A stretch of DNA of 64,000 nt from Chthoniobacteraceae bacterium (GTDB taxonomy: Bacteria > Verrucomicrobiota > Verrucomicrobiia > Chthoniobacterales > Chthoniobacteraceae). How positions within the stretch are numbered: position 1 is the stretch's first letter; every line of letters starts with the position of its first letter. The stretch is from NCBI GenBank assembly GCA_040081625.1, contig JBEBGD010000009.1, positions 1-64,000 of the forward strand, in the 5' to 3' direction. Below the pieces are notes generated by a model. The model saw only the letters and a program-made list of their open reading frames with translations, was not told where the DNA came from and made no database searches. A program made the translations under genes and the position numbers. This document shows positions 48,518 through 58,312 of this stretch, one piece after another.

Positions 48518-49129
48518 CCACTCCGCGAGCCACTCGCACAGCGCGCCCTTGTCCGGCACGTGCGTGAGCGTGCCGTCGCGCGCGAGCACGCCGAAGCCCT
48601 CGCCATACGCCGCGCCGTTCACCGCGCACGCATCCGTGCGGAAAGTCTCGATCTGCGCGCGGCCCGCCGCGAGCGCGTCCTCGCGCGTTCCGTCGAGTTC
48701 GTATTTCCACCCGACGAGACGGGCGCGCGGGAAGAGCGGGCGGAGCCGCGCGATCAGCTTTGTCGCCGGCACGAGCATCAGCTTCACGATGCCGCCGCGA
48801 CTTGCGATCTTCCGCTCGCCGCCCTCGCGCTGGACCTTGAAATCCGCGAGCGCCGCCGCGTGCAGCACCGCGTCCGCGCCGCCTTCGCGCGCGAGCGCTT
48901 CGAGTTTCGCCTGCAAGTCTTCATTGGTCGAAAACGGAATCATCCTCGCCGCGTCGCACGCTCCTCGGAAGATCGCCATCTTCCCGAGCAGACACACGAC
49001 CTCGAAGCCCGACGCCGTGAGCCGGTTCGCCAGCCGCACGCCGAGTTCGCCGGACGACGAGTTCGTGATCCGGCGCACTTCATCGATGGGCTCGTAGCTC
49101 GGCCCGCAGGTGATGATGACTCGTGGCAT
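48494..49129 (-). CDS. Stand-alone CoaB-like phosphopantothenate--cysteine ligase
   Basis: IITCGPSYEPIDEVRRITNSSSGELG, HAAALADF, VGWKYE. Confidence 0.8.
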   Translation of the reverse strand: MPRVIITCGPSYEPIDEVRRITNSSSGELGVRLANRLTASGFEVVCLLGKMAIFRGACDAARMIPFSTNEDLQAKLEALAREGGADAVLHAAALADFKVQREGGERKIASRGGIVKLMLVPATKLIARLRPLFPRARLVGWKYELDGTREDALAAGRAQIETFRTDACAVNGAAYGEGFGVLARDGTLTHVPDKGALCEWLAEWLSRDAAQ

Positions 49130-49175
49130 GACGCGCACCTTGCGCCGCCCGCCCACGCGCGGCAACCTCGCGCTC

Positions 49176-49388
49176 ATGGACCGCCCGACCGCTGCTCAAC
49201 AAATCCGCGACCTCTGCAACACCATCTCCAGCGCTGGGATGAAGTTCCACCCGCTTCTCCCCGCGCTCGACGACGAGCCGACCAAGGCCGAGATCGTGAA
49301 GGCGCTCTACGAGATCACCAAGAATGTCGAAGTGGTGAAGAAGCAGGTGATGCGGCTTGAGAAGCGCGACGACAGCACGCTGCTGTAG
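49176..49388 (+). CDS. Small helical hypothetical protein (70 aa)
   Basis: Genome-typical codons; amphipathic helices (IVKALYEITKNVEVVKKQV). Confidence 0.6.
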   Translation: MDRPTAAQQIRDLCNTISSAGMKFHPLLPALDDEPTKAEIVKALYEITKNVEVVKKQVMRLEKRDDSTLL

Positions 49389-49421
49389 CGGCCGTGGCTC
49401 ACGTTGAGGCAACGTGAGCCA

Positions 49422-51128
49422 CTATCTGCACACACTCCGCAGCGCGCCGACCGTCCAGATGAGCGGGTAAAGCCGCTCGTGATACCACAGCTTCGCGAAG
49501 TAAAAGCCGATCGGCGCTGGCGCACGCCATGCGCCCGACTCGACCCGTTCGACCAGCCACGCCACGCCGCGATCCGTCGCGCCGACGTGCCGCGTGCCGG
49601 CGAGCGCTTCGACGGCGAGCGCGGTTTCCTCCGTCGTCGAGAAGATCCCGCGTGCCCCGCCCCATCCGCCGTCGTCGTTCTGCGCCGTGGCGAGGAAGTC
49701 GGTCGCGCGATCGAGCAGTAGGCGGGTGAAGAAGCCGCGCTCGTCGAGTTCACGCAGCGCGACGACCACGTGCGTCGTGCCGTAGATCGGATTGATGTCG
49801 TCGGGCGCGTGCTCATTTCCGAACCACAGCGGCAGCCAACTCCCGTCCGTGCGCTGCGCTTTCCCGAGAAAAGCGAGCGCGCGAGTGATCGCCCGCTCGA
49901 CCCGCACCTTCGTCTGCTCTGAAAGATGCGGCAGCCACGCGCTCCACGCGCGCAGCGTGTGCGCGGTGAGATCGGGCGAACTGCGATCAAACGGCAGCGC
50001 GCCCCAGCCGCGGCAGAAGGTCGGAATGCCACCGTCGCGATTCTGCACGCCGAGCAGCCAGCACACGCCGGCTTCGGCCGCATGTTGCTTCTCGGAATCG
50101 ACGAGCCCGAGCCGGAGCAGCGCGAGCAGCGCGCCGGGCGTGTCGTCGGCATCGGGCACACCGCCGGGCAGATCGGTCCACGCCCAACCGCCCGGCGCTG
50201 CGTGCGTGTAGGGATGCTCGACGCTATACTGCTGGCCGAGCAGCCACTCGCGCAGCGTGAGCTTCTGCTCCGGCTTCAGCGCATCGGCAGGAAGCGCCTT
50301 GATCGCGAGCGTCGTCACCCACGTCGCGAGGTTCGTGTCGATCGGCCAACTCCCGTCGGGACGCGCGGAGTTCACGAGGAAGGTCACACCCTTGCGGATG
50401 ACGCGGTGATCGCGCAGCCCCGTGGATGCGAGCGCCATCGTGACGAAAGACGTGAGCGGCGTCGCTTCGAGAAAGCCGCCGTTGTCCGGCTGGATGCGCG
50501 CGAGCACGTCGAGCGTGCGCGCCTTGGCTGCGACCCGAACGATGCGCGCGAGCGGATTGCGCGACGGCGCGTGATGATGAATCGCCTGTCCGATCGCGAT
50601 GAGCGCCGGCAGCGCATAGCTGACGACGGGAAGTTGCAGCGCGCCGAAAAGCTGATGCGGCAGCGCCGCCAGCTCGAACGGCAGCGCCATCACCTCGCGC
50701 CAGTCGATCCGCCCGCAGATCGCGAGATGCATGAGGATCGGCACGGAGAAGGTGCGGTCCTTCCCGTAGCGCGCCGCGATGGCGGAAGTGAGCGAGTCGC
50801 CACCACTCGCTTTCGCCAGCCACGCTGTCGCCCGATCGTCTCCCCCGCCGAGCGCAGCCCAGCAAAGCGCGGTCGTGCTGATGTTGGACTTGCTCCGCGT
50901 CGTGTCGCCCCAGCCGCCATCCGTGTTCTGATTCTCCCTCAACCACTGCTCGCCGCCGCGGATCAACACCGCGTGCTTCTCCCGATCCACCGCGCCGAGC
51001 GCCACGATCGCCGTCGCCGTCGAGAGCGCGCTGCTCGAAAGCTCGCCGGTCCAGTGCCCCGCCGCGTTCATCTCCGCGAGCAGCGCATCCGTCGCCGTGC
51101 GCAGTGCGGCGCGCAGACGATCGCTCAC
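49422..51128 (-). CDS. Squalene-hopene cyclase-like class II terpene cyclase
   Basis: GHWTGELSSS, QW-type repeats (QNTDGGWG, QNRDGG, QRTDGSW, QNDDGGWG), PGGWAW, catalytic PDADDT; GTG overlaps the upstream stop. Confidence 0.85.
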   Translation of the reverse strand: MSDRLRAALRTATDALLAEMNAAGHWTGELSSSALSTATAIVALGAVDREKHAVLIRGGEQWLRENQNTDGGWGDTTRSKSNISTTALCWAALGGGDDRATAWLAKASGGDSLTSAIAARYGKDRTFSVPILMHLAICGRIDWREVMALPFELAALPHQLFGALQLPVVSYALPALIAIGQAIHHHAPSRNPLARIVRVAAKARTLDVLARIQPDNGGFLEATPLTSFVTMALASTGLRDHRVIRKGVTFLVNSARPDGSWPIDTNLATWVTTLAIKALPADALKPEQKLTLREWLLGQQYSVEHPYTHAAPGGWAWTDLPGGVPDADDTPGALLALLRLGLVDSEKQHAAEAGVCWLLGVQNRDGGIPTFCRGWGALPFDRSSPDLTAHTLRAWSAWLPHLSEQTKVRVERAITRALAFLGKAQRTDGSWLPLWFGNEHAPDDINPIYGTTHVVVALRELDERGFFTRLLLDRATDFLATAQNDDGGWGGARGIFSTTEETALAVEALAGTRHVGATDRGVAWLVERVESGAWRAPAPIGFYFAKLWYHERLYPLIWTVGALRSVCR

Positions 51129-51535
51129 GCCAGCTTGTCGTGCTCGCGGTCGCGCTTGGGCAGGATCGCGCACGCGTCCTTGCAGCCGAAGAGACGGCTG
51201 ATGCCCTGGCGATTGTTCGCGATGAGCCGATACGCGATTTCGGCGATCCAGATCACCCCCGGCAGCCACAGCACGAGTCCGAGCGGCACGAGCAGCGGCA
51301 TCCGCAGCGAGAGAAAGCGGATGCAACGCGCGCCGCGATGAATCTTCCCGCCGGCGGTGACGACGTGCATCGCAGAGCGCAGCGTCTCGCGATCGAGTTG
51401 CGGCGCGACTTCGCGCGCGCGCTCCGAGGAGAGCGGCATGAGCGCGGCGACGTTCAGCCAGTCGAGCCACGTCAGCAGCTTCATCTGGAAAACGCACATC
51501 GGGCATTCGTCGTCGTAGAGCACGAGATGCTTCAT
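51125..51535 (-). CDS. DCC-family thiol-disulfide oxidoreductase (DUF393)
   Basis: LYDDECPMC (DxxCxxC); AYRLIANNR. Confidence 0.85.
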   Translation of the reverse strand: MKHLVLYDDECPMCVFQMKLLTWLDWLNVAALMPLSSERAREVAPQLDRETLRSAMHVVTAGGKIHRGARCIRFLSLRMPLLVPLGLVLWLPGVIWIAEIAYRLIANNRQGISRLFGCKDACAILPKRDREHDKLA

Positions 51536-51547
51536 TTCACCCGCACC

Positions 51548-52417
51548 CTAGGCGCTCAAGTGCCCGAGCGCCAGCAGCCCATAGAACGTGTATTCGGCGT
51601 CGAGTTCGTCGTCAGCCCAGTGGCCGTGGAAGCCGCCTTCCGCGTTCCAAAGCGAGTCGATGAAGTCGAGGCATCGCTCGCGCATCGCGGTGGGAAGCGG
51701 GCGGTCGAGGCACGCGAGCGCGTGCAGCGCGGTGGCCGTCGAGAGCAGGTCGGGAATCGGCGCGCCGGGCACCGCGATCCAGCCGCCTTGCGGATGCGCC
51801 TGCGCGAGCAGCCAGTCGCCGACGGCTTCATTCAGCGGCATCCCGAGTTGGTGGAGCAACGTGATCGCAGCAGCCGTCGCTGGCACGGTGCCTTGCTTCA
51901 TCCCGCGAAGATTTCCCCACGCGCCGTCGGGTGTCTCGAGCAGCTTGAGGCACTGCACCATTCGCAGCGGCTCGGGCTGCTCGCGCGCGAGGTCTTGATA
52001 CGCGCCGAGCGCGACGAAGCAGCCGTAGGCGTTGCCGCGCTCGGCGCCGGGCTCGACGTCGTAGCCGCCGTCGCGCGACCGATGGCGCTCGCTGCGCGCG
52101 AGAAGTTCACCGGCGAAGTCGTGCGAGCCAATCGCCGCGCGGCAGCGCGCGAGCGCGCCGAGGTGGATGAAGTCGAGTCCGTCGCCGTCGCCGAAAGAAC
52201 GCAGGAAACTCGCGATCTCCGGCATCGGCTCATCGAGAGCCTGCAACCCCGCGAGCACAAAGATCGAGTAGTAGAGATCAGGCTTCCCCGCGCGATCGAG
52301 CCCCGCCCCGCTCGCATCGACACGGCTGCGCAGGAAGGCGCGCACGAGTTCCGTCGCGTCGCCGAGCGAGCGCGGAGCGAGGCGGGCTACTTGGAGCATG
52401 TGGAGACGGAGACTCAT
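51548..52417 (-). CDS. Prenyltransferase/squalene-oxidase-repeat protein (single alpha/alpha barrel)
   Basis: DLYYSIF, SRDGGY, TPDGAW, HPQGGW, PDLLSTATAL, NAEGGF, DAEYTFYGLLALG. Confidence 0.8.
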   Translation of the reverse strand: MSLRLHMLQVARLAPRSLGDATELVRAFLRSRVDASGAGLDRAGKPDLYYSIFVLAGLQALDEPMPEIASFLRSFGDGDGLDFIHLGALARCRAAIGSHDFAGELLARSERHRSRDGGYDVEPGAERGNAYGCFVALGAYQDLAREQPEPLRMVQCLKLLETPDGAWGNLRGMKQGTVPATAAAITLLHQLGMPLNEAVGDWLLAQAHPQGGWIAVPGAPIPDLLSTATALHALACLDRPLPTAMRERCLDFIDSLWNAEGGFHGHWADDELDAEYTFYGLLALGHLSA

Positions 52418-52484
52418 GGTCGGGCAGTTGGAACACGCACGCGGCTTGCATCGCCAGCGCGATTTCGCCTGTATGTGCCGCCGC

Positions 52485-53093
52485 ATGCCTGAATCCCGCC
52501 GCCCACTCACCTCCCGCGACACGCGCTGGGCGAAGGCCTTGTCCGGCGCGCTCGCGCGGCGCGGCGTGACGCCGAACGCGATCTCCGTCGCCGGCATGAT
52601 CTTCGCGAGCATCGGCGCGCTCGGGCTTGCGGCGACTCCGTGCGGGTGCGTTCCGTGGACCCTCGGAATGGTGCTTGGCGTGGCGGGCGCGCAGCTTCGG
52701 CTGCTGTGCAATCTGCTCGACGGCATGGTCGCGATCGAAGGCGGGCTCAAGGGAAAGGCGGGCGATCTTTTCAACGAGGCTCCGGATCGCTTAGCGGACA
52801 TCGTGCTGCTCGTCGGCGCGGGCTACGCAGCCGGAGCGCCGTGGCTCGGCTGGATGGCCGCGAGCGCGGCAGTGCTCACAGCGTATGTTCGCGCATTTGG
52901 CGCGTCGGTCGGGCAGGGCCAGGATTTCTGCGGGCCGCTCGCGAAACCTCACCGGATGTTTTTCTTCAGCGTCGGCTGCCTCGGCGCGATCGCACATCCG
53001 CCGGCGCTCGCGTGGTCGCTGTGGCTCGTCGCGATCGGCGCATTCTTCACCGCGGCGCGGCGGGTCGTGCGGCTCTACCGCAAGCTGCCATGA
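52485..53093 (+). CDS. CDP-alcohol phosphatidyltransferase family protein
   Basis: TPNAIS; NLLDGMVA...GDLFNEAPDRLAD. Confidence 0.85.
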   Translation: MPESRRPLTSRDTRWAKALSGALARRGVTPNAISVAGMIFASIGALGLAATPCGCVPWTLGMVLGVAGAQLRLLCNLLDGMVAIEGGLKGKAGDLFNEAPDRLADIVLLVGAGYAAGAPWLGWMAASAAVLTAYVRAFGASVGQGQDFCGPLAKPHRMFFFSVGCLGAIAHPPALAWSLWLVAIGAFFTAARRVVRLYRKLP

Positions 53094-53692
53094 TCGCGCG
53101 GCTGTTTGCGTTCGGTGCGCGAGTCTTCACCGGAGCGATCCCGCGCTGGCGCGGGTGCGCGCCGGAGCCGCGGCTGCGCGTGTATTTCGCGAATCACTCG
53201 AGCAACCTCGATGTCGTGCTGCTCTGGTCGTCGCTGCCGGGCGTGATCCGCGCGCGCACGCGCCCGATCGCGGCGCATGATTACTGGACGACCGGCGCCG
53301 TGCGCCGTTGGCTCGCCACGCGCGTCTTTCGCGCCGTGCTCATCGAACGGAGAAACGTGACCCGCGAGAACAACCCGCTCGCGCCGATGGTCGCCGCGCT
53401 GCGCGAGGGCGATTCGCTGATCATCTTTCCGGAAGGTGGGCGCAATCCGTCGGGCGAGATCGGGGAGTTCAAGCCGGGCATCCATCACCTCGCGCGCGAA
53501 GTGCCGGACGCGGAGTTCGTGCCCGTCTTCATCGAGAACCTCAACCGCGTGCTGCCAAAGGGCGAAGTGCTGCCCGTGCCGATTCTCTGCTCGGTTCACT
53601 TCGGCACGCCGATCCGCCTCGAAGCCGGCGAGAACAAACGCGACTTCCTCGCCCGTGCGCGCGGCGCGGTGCTGGACCTCCGGGCGACATGA
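53090..53692 (+). CDS. Lysophospholipid acyltransferase (PlsC family)
   Basis: NHSSNLD (HX4D), IFPEGGR, FKPG. Confidence 0.9.
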   Translation: MIARLFAFGARVFTGAIPRWRGCAPEPRLRVYFANHSSNLDVVLLWSSLPGVIRARTRPIAAHDYWTTGAVRRWLATRVFRAVLIERRNVTRENNPLAPMVAALREGDSLIIFPEGGRNPSGEIGEFKPGIHHLAREVPDAEFVPVFIENLNRVLPKGEVLPVPILCSVHFGTPIRLEAGENKRDFLARARGAVLDLRAT

Positions 53693-54633
53693 AGCTTCCC
53701 GACACGCAAATGCAGTGGCTCCTCGGCGGAATCTTCGCGCTGTTGCTCGTCGCGAGCATCATCGGCCAAATCCTCCGCCGCACACTGCGCGGCGAAGGCG
53801 CAGCGAAAGTCGTCGCGAACCTCAACGCGCGCGTCTTCGCGTGGTGGGTCATGGTCGCGGTCTTCGGTCTCTCGGTCGTTCTCGGCAAGGCGGCGACGAT
53901 GATCCTCTTCGGGCTGATGTCCTTCCTCGCGCTGCGCGAGTTCATCACGCTCACGCCGACGAAACCCGGCGACCATCGCTCGCTGTTCTGGGCGTTCTTC
54001 GTCATCCTCCCGCTGCACTACCTCACGCTCGGGCGCGGTTGGTATGAGATGACGGTGCTGCTCATCCCGGTCTATGCGTTCCTCTTCATCCCGATCCGCA
54101 ACGCACTCGCGGGCGACAGCGAGCACTTCCTCGAGCGCACGGCGAAAATTCAGTGGGGCCTGATGGTGTGCGTCTATTTCGTGAGCTACGCGCCGGGCCT
54201 GCTGCAGCTCCGCGTGCCCGGCTACGAGGGGCAGAACGCGAAGCTGCTCTTCTTCCTCGTGACCGTTGTGCAGATGAGCGACGTGCTGCAATACGTGTGG
54301 GGCAAACTTTGCGGCCGCCGCAAAATCGCGCCGCGCCTCTCGCCGAGCAAGACGCTCGAAGGCCTCGTGGGCGGCGGACTCAGCGCCGTTGCGCTCGGCG
54401 CCGCGCTGTGGTGGATGACGCCATTCACGCCGCTACAAGCTGCCGGCATGGCGGCGATCATCGTTGTGATGGGCTTCTTCGGCGGCCTCGTGATGAGCGC
54501 GATCAAGCGCGACCGTGGCGTGAAAGACTACGGCGAACTGCTCCCCGGCCACGGCGGCATGATGGACCGCATTGACTCCCTCTGCTTCGCCGCGCCGGTG
54601 TTCTTCCACGCGGTGCGGTTTTGGTGGACGTGA
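53689..54633 (+). CDS. Phosphatidate cytidylyltransferase family protein (CdsA/YnbB-like)
   Basis: SDVLQYVWGK, SPSKTLEG, SAIKRDRGVKD, PGHGGMMDRIDS. Confidence 0.9.
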   Translation: MKLPDTQMQWLLGGIFALLLVASIIGQILRRTLRGEGAAKVVANLNARVFAWWVMVAVFGLSVVLGKAATMILFGLMSFLALREFITLTPTKPGDHRSLFWAFFVILPLHYLTLGRGWYEMTVLLIPVYAFLFIPIRNALAGDSEHFLERTAKIQWGLMVCVYFVSYAPGLLQLRVPGYEGQNAKLLFFLVTVVQMSDVLQYVWGKLCGRRKIAPRLSPSKTLEGLVGGGLSAVALGAALWWMTPFTPLQAAGMAAIIVVMGFFGGLVMSAIKRDRGVKDYGELLPGHGGMMDRIDSLCFAAPVFFHAVRFWWT

Positions 54634-56385
54634 TTATGCCGGCGCGAGGTCGCGGCGCTCAATGCCGTTCTTTTGCTCGAACTCCTTGCACCAGCCTTTG
54701 ATTTCCGTGTCGTTGAAAATCTTGCCGATGACGCGGCGGAGCAGGCCCTTGAGGCTTGGGTTTTCGAGGTCGCGCAGGCTGCGGATGGCTTCCTCCTTGT
54801 AGCGCTCGAGCAGGTCGCGGCAGCGGTCGTCAGCTTTGAGTTCGGCGTAGAGTTTCTCCACGTCGGCGACGGTCCAGCCTTCGGGCATCTGGCGCGACCA
54901 GAGTTGCGTGGTGGAGATGCGACTGTCGCACTCGGCGCGTTCGTGCGCGGTCGCGAGGAGCAGGCTCGGGCGCAGGCCGGAGATGTCGCTGGTGTCTTCG
55001 CTCTGGCCGAGGTCGGCGAGGTCGTCGCGGATCTGGTAGGCGATGCCGAGCGCTTCGCTGAAGTCGGCAAGCGTGCTCTCGACTTCCTCGTAGTCTGCGA
55101 GACCGGCGTAGATCGCGCCGAGACGGAGCGCGACCTCGAAGGCCGGCGCGGTCTTGCGGCGGAAAATGTCGAGCACTTCGACGCTCGTGAGCGGCTGCGG
55201 CTTGCGCGCCCAGCACAGCTCGGCGCCCTGGCCGCGGCAGAGTTCGCGCTGGCCTTCGGCGGCGACGCGGAGCATCACGGCTTTCTGCTCGGCGGTGGCG
55301 CGGCAGGCGGCGAGAAGACGGTAGCCTTCGCCGATGAGGAGGTCGCCGACGTTGAGCGCGACGGCGACGCCGTGCTCGGCGTGCAGCGTGGGCTCGCCGT
55401 AGCGCTGCGTGTCTTCGTCTTCGATATCGTCGTGGATGAGCGAGGCTTTGTGGAAGCACTCGATGGCGACGGCGACTTTGCGCAGATCTTCGGGCAGCGG
55501 TGCCTTCGACTCGCCGCGCAACGCGCGATACGCGCCGACGGTGAGGAAGGGGCGCCAGCGTTTGCCGGCGCGCATGAGCCACTCGCGCGCGATTTTTTCC
55601 GTCTCGCCCTGCGGCGCGCCCATGATGGCGTCGAGGTTCAGCGGCGTGAACCAGAAATCGACTTCGTCGCGCAGCGCGCCGAGGTCGAGCCGGCGCGTGT
55701 GGTCGTCGCCGGAGAGGTGGATGTATTCCCAGACCCAGTCGAGATCGACGTTGGTGTCGATGCAGTCGTCCTGGAGCAGCGGCACGGCGACGCCGGGGAT
55801 GGCGGCGGCTTCCATGTAGGGAAAGGCGCGCTCGAGCACGCTGATGCAGCTCACGCCGACGATGGCCTCGATCTTCCCGGTCTGGATGAGCGACATGACG
55901 ATCGCGCTGCCCTCCGCGACGAGCACCGCGTAGCCGAGGCGCTCGGCTTCGGCCTGAAGATCCTGAATCGAACAAAGGCCACACTGTTTGCAGAGCAGGC
56001 CGAATTCATCGAACGGCGCGGGGCATTTGCTCTCGACGCGCAGGCACTTCGGCAGAAGGAGAAGTCGGCGCTCGTATGGCACGGCGGCGAGTTGCTCGCG
56101 CCACATTTCGTTGTTGATGAGCACGCCGCAGTAGTCGCGATAGACCGGGTCGATGCGGTGCATCGCGACGAATCGGTCCGCGTGCTCCTTGAGTTGGTCC
56201 TGCGGCAGCGGCGGCACGGGATTGAACTCCGCGACGTAGGCGCGCGTGAGGTGCAGGATGCGCGTCCGCTCGATCGGCGTCTGCGGGACGTTCTTTTTCG
56301 GCGGCCGGATTTTCTGTGTCGGGACCGCGCGGGGAAGGGAGAGGGAGATGGGCGGAGCGTCGGTCCGAGCGGGAGTCTGCGACAT
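54634..56385 (-). CDS. DUF116-like Cys-rich domain fused to a trans-isoprenyl diphosphate synthase
   Basis: LLPKCLR...CPA...CKQCGLCSI...GVSC...DCIDT; GKRWRP, FARM LIHDDIED, GQ, KT, SARM YQIRDDLAD. Confidence 0.85.
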   Translation of the reverse strand: MSQTPARTDAPPISLSLPRAVPTQKIRPPKKNVPQTPIERTRILHLTRAYVAEFNPVPPLPQDQLKEHADRFVAMHRIDPVYRDYCGVLINNEMWREQLAAVPYERRLLLLPKCLRVESKCPAPFDEFGLLCKQCGLCSIQDLQAEAERLGYAVLVAEGSAIVMSLIQTGKIEAIVGVSCISVLERAFPYMEAAAIPGVAVPLLQDDCIDTNVDLDWVWEYIHLSGDDHTRRLDLGALRDEVDFWFTPLNLDAIMGAPQGETEKIAREWLMRAGKRWRPFLTVGAYRALRGESKAPLPEDLRKVAVAIECFHKASLIHDDIEDEDTQRYGEPTLHAEHGVAVALNVGDLLIGEGYRLLAACRATAEQKAVMLRVAAEGQRELCRGQGAELCWARKPQPLTSVEVLDIFRRKTAPAFEVALRLGAIYAGLADYEEVESTLADFSEALGIAYQIRDDLADLGQSEDTSDISGLRPSLLLATAHERAECDSRISTTQLWSRQMPEGWTVADVEKLYAELKADDRCRDLLERYKEEAIRSLRDLENPSLKGLLRRVIGKIFNDTEIKGWCKEFEQKNGIERRDLAPA

Positions 56386-56469
56386 GGTGGGCGATTATTC
56401 GAGTCGGGTGAACAAAGCGCAAGGTATGAAGTTTCTTAGCTTCGCGGGCGAGTGCTCAAATGGGTGGGC

Positions 56470-56506
56470 AAAAGAAAACCGGCGCCCGCGGTGAGCGAGC
56501 GCCGGT
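56470..56506 (-). terminator. Intrinsic terminator after the 56534-57016 gene
   Basis: Minus strand accggcgctcgc-tcacc-gcgggcgccggt followed by tttctttt. Confidence 0.75.
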
Positions 56507-56533
56507 CGTTGGAGCTTCGATGGAAGCGGGGAG

Positions 56534-57016
56534 TTACTCCTTCTTCGCGTCGGCTTTTTTCGCCGCGGGCTTTTTCTCGCCCTCGGCTGCGGGTTTCTTG
56601 GCACCCTCCTTCGCGGCTCTCGGAGCGGCGGGGCCGAACTTCGTGATCTTCACGACCTCGTATTCGGTCTCGCTCTTCTTGATGCGCGAACCGGCGACCG
56701 TGTCGCCGACCTTGATGTCCTCGAACTTCGCCGCCGCGCCGGCGTTCTTCACCTCGGCGGTCGGGGACAGGACGTGTTTGACGTCGTAGCCGTCCTTGCG
56801 CTTGGTGACGAAGCTCTTCGCCGCCACGTCGATCGAATCGACGCGGTTGTTCATCGCGATCGGCTTGGTGGCCGCGCCTTCGGCGGCGGGTTTCTTCGCC
56901 TCGGCGGCGGGGGCCGCGCCTTCCTTCTTGGGTGCTTTCTTTTCCGCCGCAAAGGTCGCGGTCGGCACGATAACGGCAATCGCCGTGAGGATGCTCAGTG
57001 AGCTGAACAGTTTCAT
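56534..57016 (-). CDS. Small secreted Lys/Ala-rich protein with a beta-rich (OB-like) core
   Basis: Signal peptide ending ATFA; KK/AAE low-complexity flanks; [10 protein letters not shown] core. Confidence 0.75.
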   Translation of the reverse strand: MKLFSSLSILTAIAVIVPTATFAAEKKAPKKEGAAPAAEAKKPAAEGAATKPIAMNNRVDSIDVAAKSFVTKRKDGYDVKHVLSPTAEVKNAGAAAKFEDIKVGDTVAGSRIKKSETEYEVVKITKFGPAAPRAAKEGAKKPAAEGEKKPAAKKADAKKE

Positions 57017-57171
57017 GGTGTTATCTAGTTTTGTTTCCAGGGTTTAATGGCAGTCCGCGGGACCGAACTTCAGCCTCGCTTGCCACCTCGCGGGCTAGCG
57101 GAAATCCCGCCGCCGCGTCAATCACGATTTTTCGGTTTCGCGGGGTCGCCCGGAGGCGCTACGGGAAGGCC

Positions 57172-57624
57172 ATGCGCGCCGTCATCCAGCGAGTCAGTTC
57201 CGCGAGCGTCACCGTCGAAGCCGAAGTCGTCGGCGCGATCGGGCGTGGGCTGCTCGTGCTCGTGGGGAAAGAGGACGCGGATACCGCGGAGGATATCGAG
57301 TGGCTGGCGGGGAAGATCGTCGCGATGCGGCTCTTCGGCGACGACGCCGGGCCGTGGGCGAAGAGCGTGATCGAGATCGGCGGCGAGGTGTTGGTGGTGA
57401 GCCAGTTCACGCTGCACGCCTCGACGAAGAAGGGCACGAAGCCGAGCTGGCACCGCGCCGCGAAGCCGGACATCGCAATCCCGCTTTACGAGGCGCTCAT
57501 CGCGAAGCTCACCGCGCTCCTCGGCAAGCCGCCGCAGACCGGGCGCTTCGGCGCGATGATGCAGGTCGCGCTCGTGAACGACGGGCCTGTGACGATCATC
57601 ATCGACACCAAGACCCGCGAATGA
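57172..57624 (+). CDS. dtd: D-aminoacyl-tRNA deacylase
   Basis: [26 protein letters not shown]. Confidence 0.95.
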   Translation: MRAVIQRVSSASVTVEAEVVGAIGRGLLVLVGKEDADTAEDIEWLAGKIVAMRLFGDDAGPWAKSVIEIGGEVLVVSQFTLHASTKKGTKPSWHRAAKPDIAIPLYEALIAKLTALLGKPPQTGRFGAMMQVALVNDGPVTIIIDTKTRE

Positions 57625-58295
57625 TTCCGCTCTACGCTCGACGCATGAACTCACGCCTTACCGCTTTCATTCTGCTGGTCCTCGCCTGCTCCGCGCCTGC
57701 CGGCGAGTGGCAGGCGATTTTCAATGGCAAGGACCTGACCGGCTGGAAACCAAATCGGCAGCCGGAAGCCTTCACCGTGGTGGACGGTGCGATCCGCACA
57801 CACGCGACAGAGCCCTACGCACACCTTTTCTACGTCGGCGACGGATCGCCGGAAGCGGGGCGGTTCAAGAACTTCGAGATCGAGGCGACGGTGCGCGGCG
57901 AGCCGAGCTCGAACTCGGGCATCTACTTCCACACCGACATCGCCAGCGGCGAAGGCCCGCGCTTGAAGCTGACGAAGGGCTACGAGGTGCAGGTCAATTC
58001 GACGGAGAAGGAAAAGCGGAAAACGGGGAGCCTCTACGCGGTCGTCGATCTCGCGGAATCGCCGGTCGATGAGGCGCAGTGGTTCAAGCTGCGCATCCGC
58101 GTCGAAGGCCGGCGCATCGTGGTGCATGTGAACGACAAGCAGACCGTCGATTACACCGAGCCCGACAACGCGCCGCGGCTCAAAGGATTCACGGGCCGAT
58201 TGCTCGACCCGAGCGGCGGCTCGATCGCGCTGCAAGCGCACGACCCGGACAGCGTCGTGTGCTTCAAGGAAATCCGCATCCGCCGCCTGCCCTAG
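57621..58295 (+). CDS. DUF1080 (3-keto-disaccharide hydrolase-like) secreted protein
   Basis: [39 protein letters not shown]. Alternative start at 57645. Confidence 0.88.
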   Translation: MIPLYARRMNSRLTAFILLVLACSAPAGEWQAIFNGKDLTGWKPNRQPEAFTVVDGAIRTHATEPYAHLFYVGDGSPEAGRFKNFEIEATVRGEPSSNSGIYFHTDIASGEGPRLKLTKGYEVQVNSTEKEKRKTGSLYAVVDLAESPVDEAQWFKLRIRVEGRRIVVHVNDKQTVDYTEPDNAPRLKGFTGRLLDPSGGSIALQAHDPDSVVCFKEIRIRRLP

Positions 58296-58312
58296 GCGTG
58301 GCTCATCGATCG

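Noticed and set aside
49422..51128. Gene symbol shc (hopanoid synthesis)
   Set aside because: Fold and DxDD fit, but no hpn genes are adjacent and the substrate cannot be inferred from sequence.
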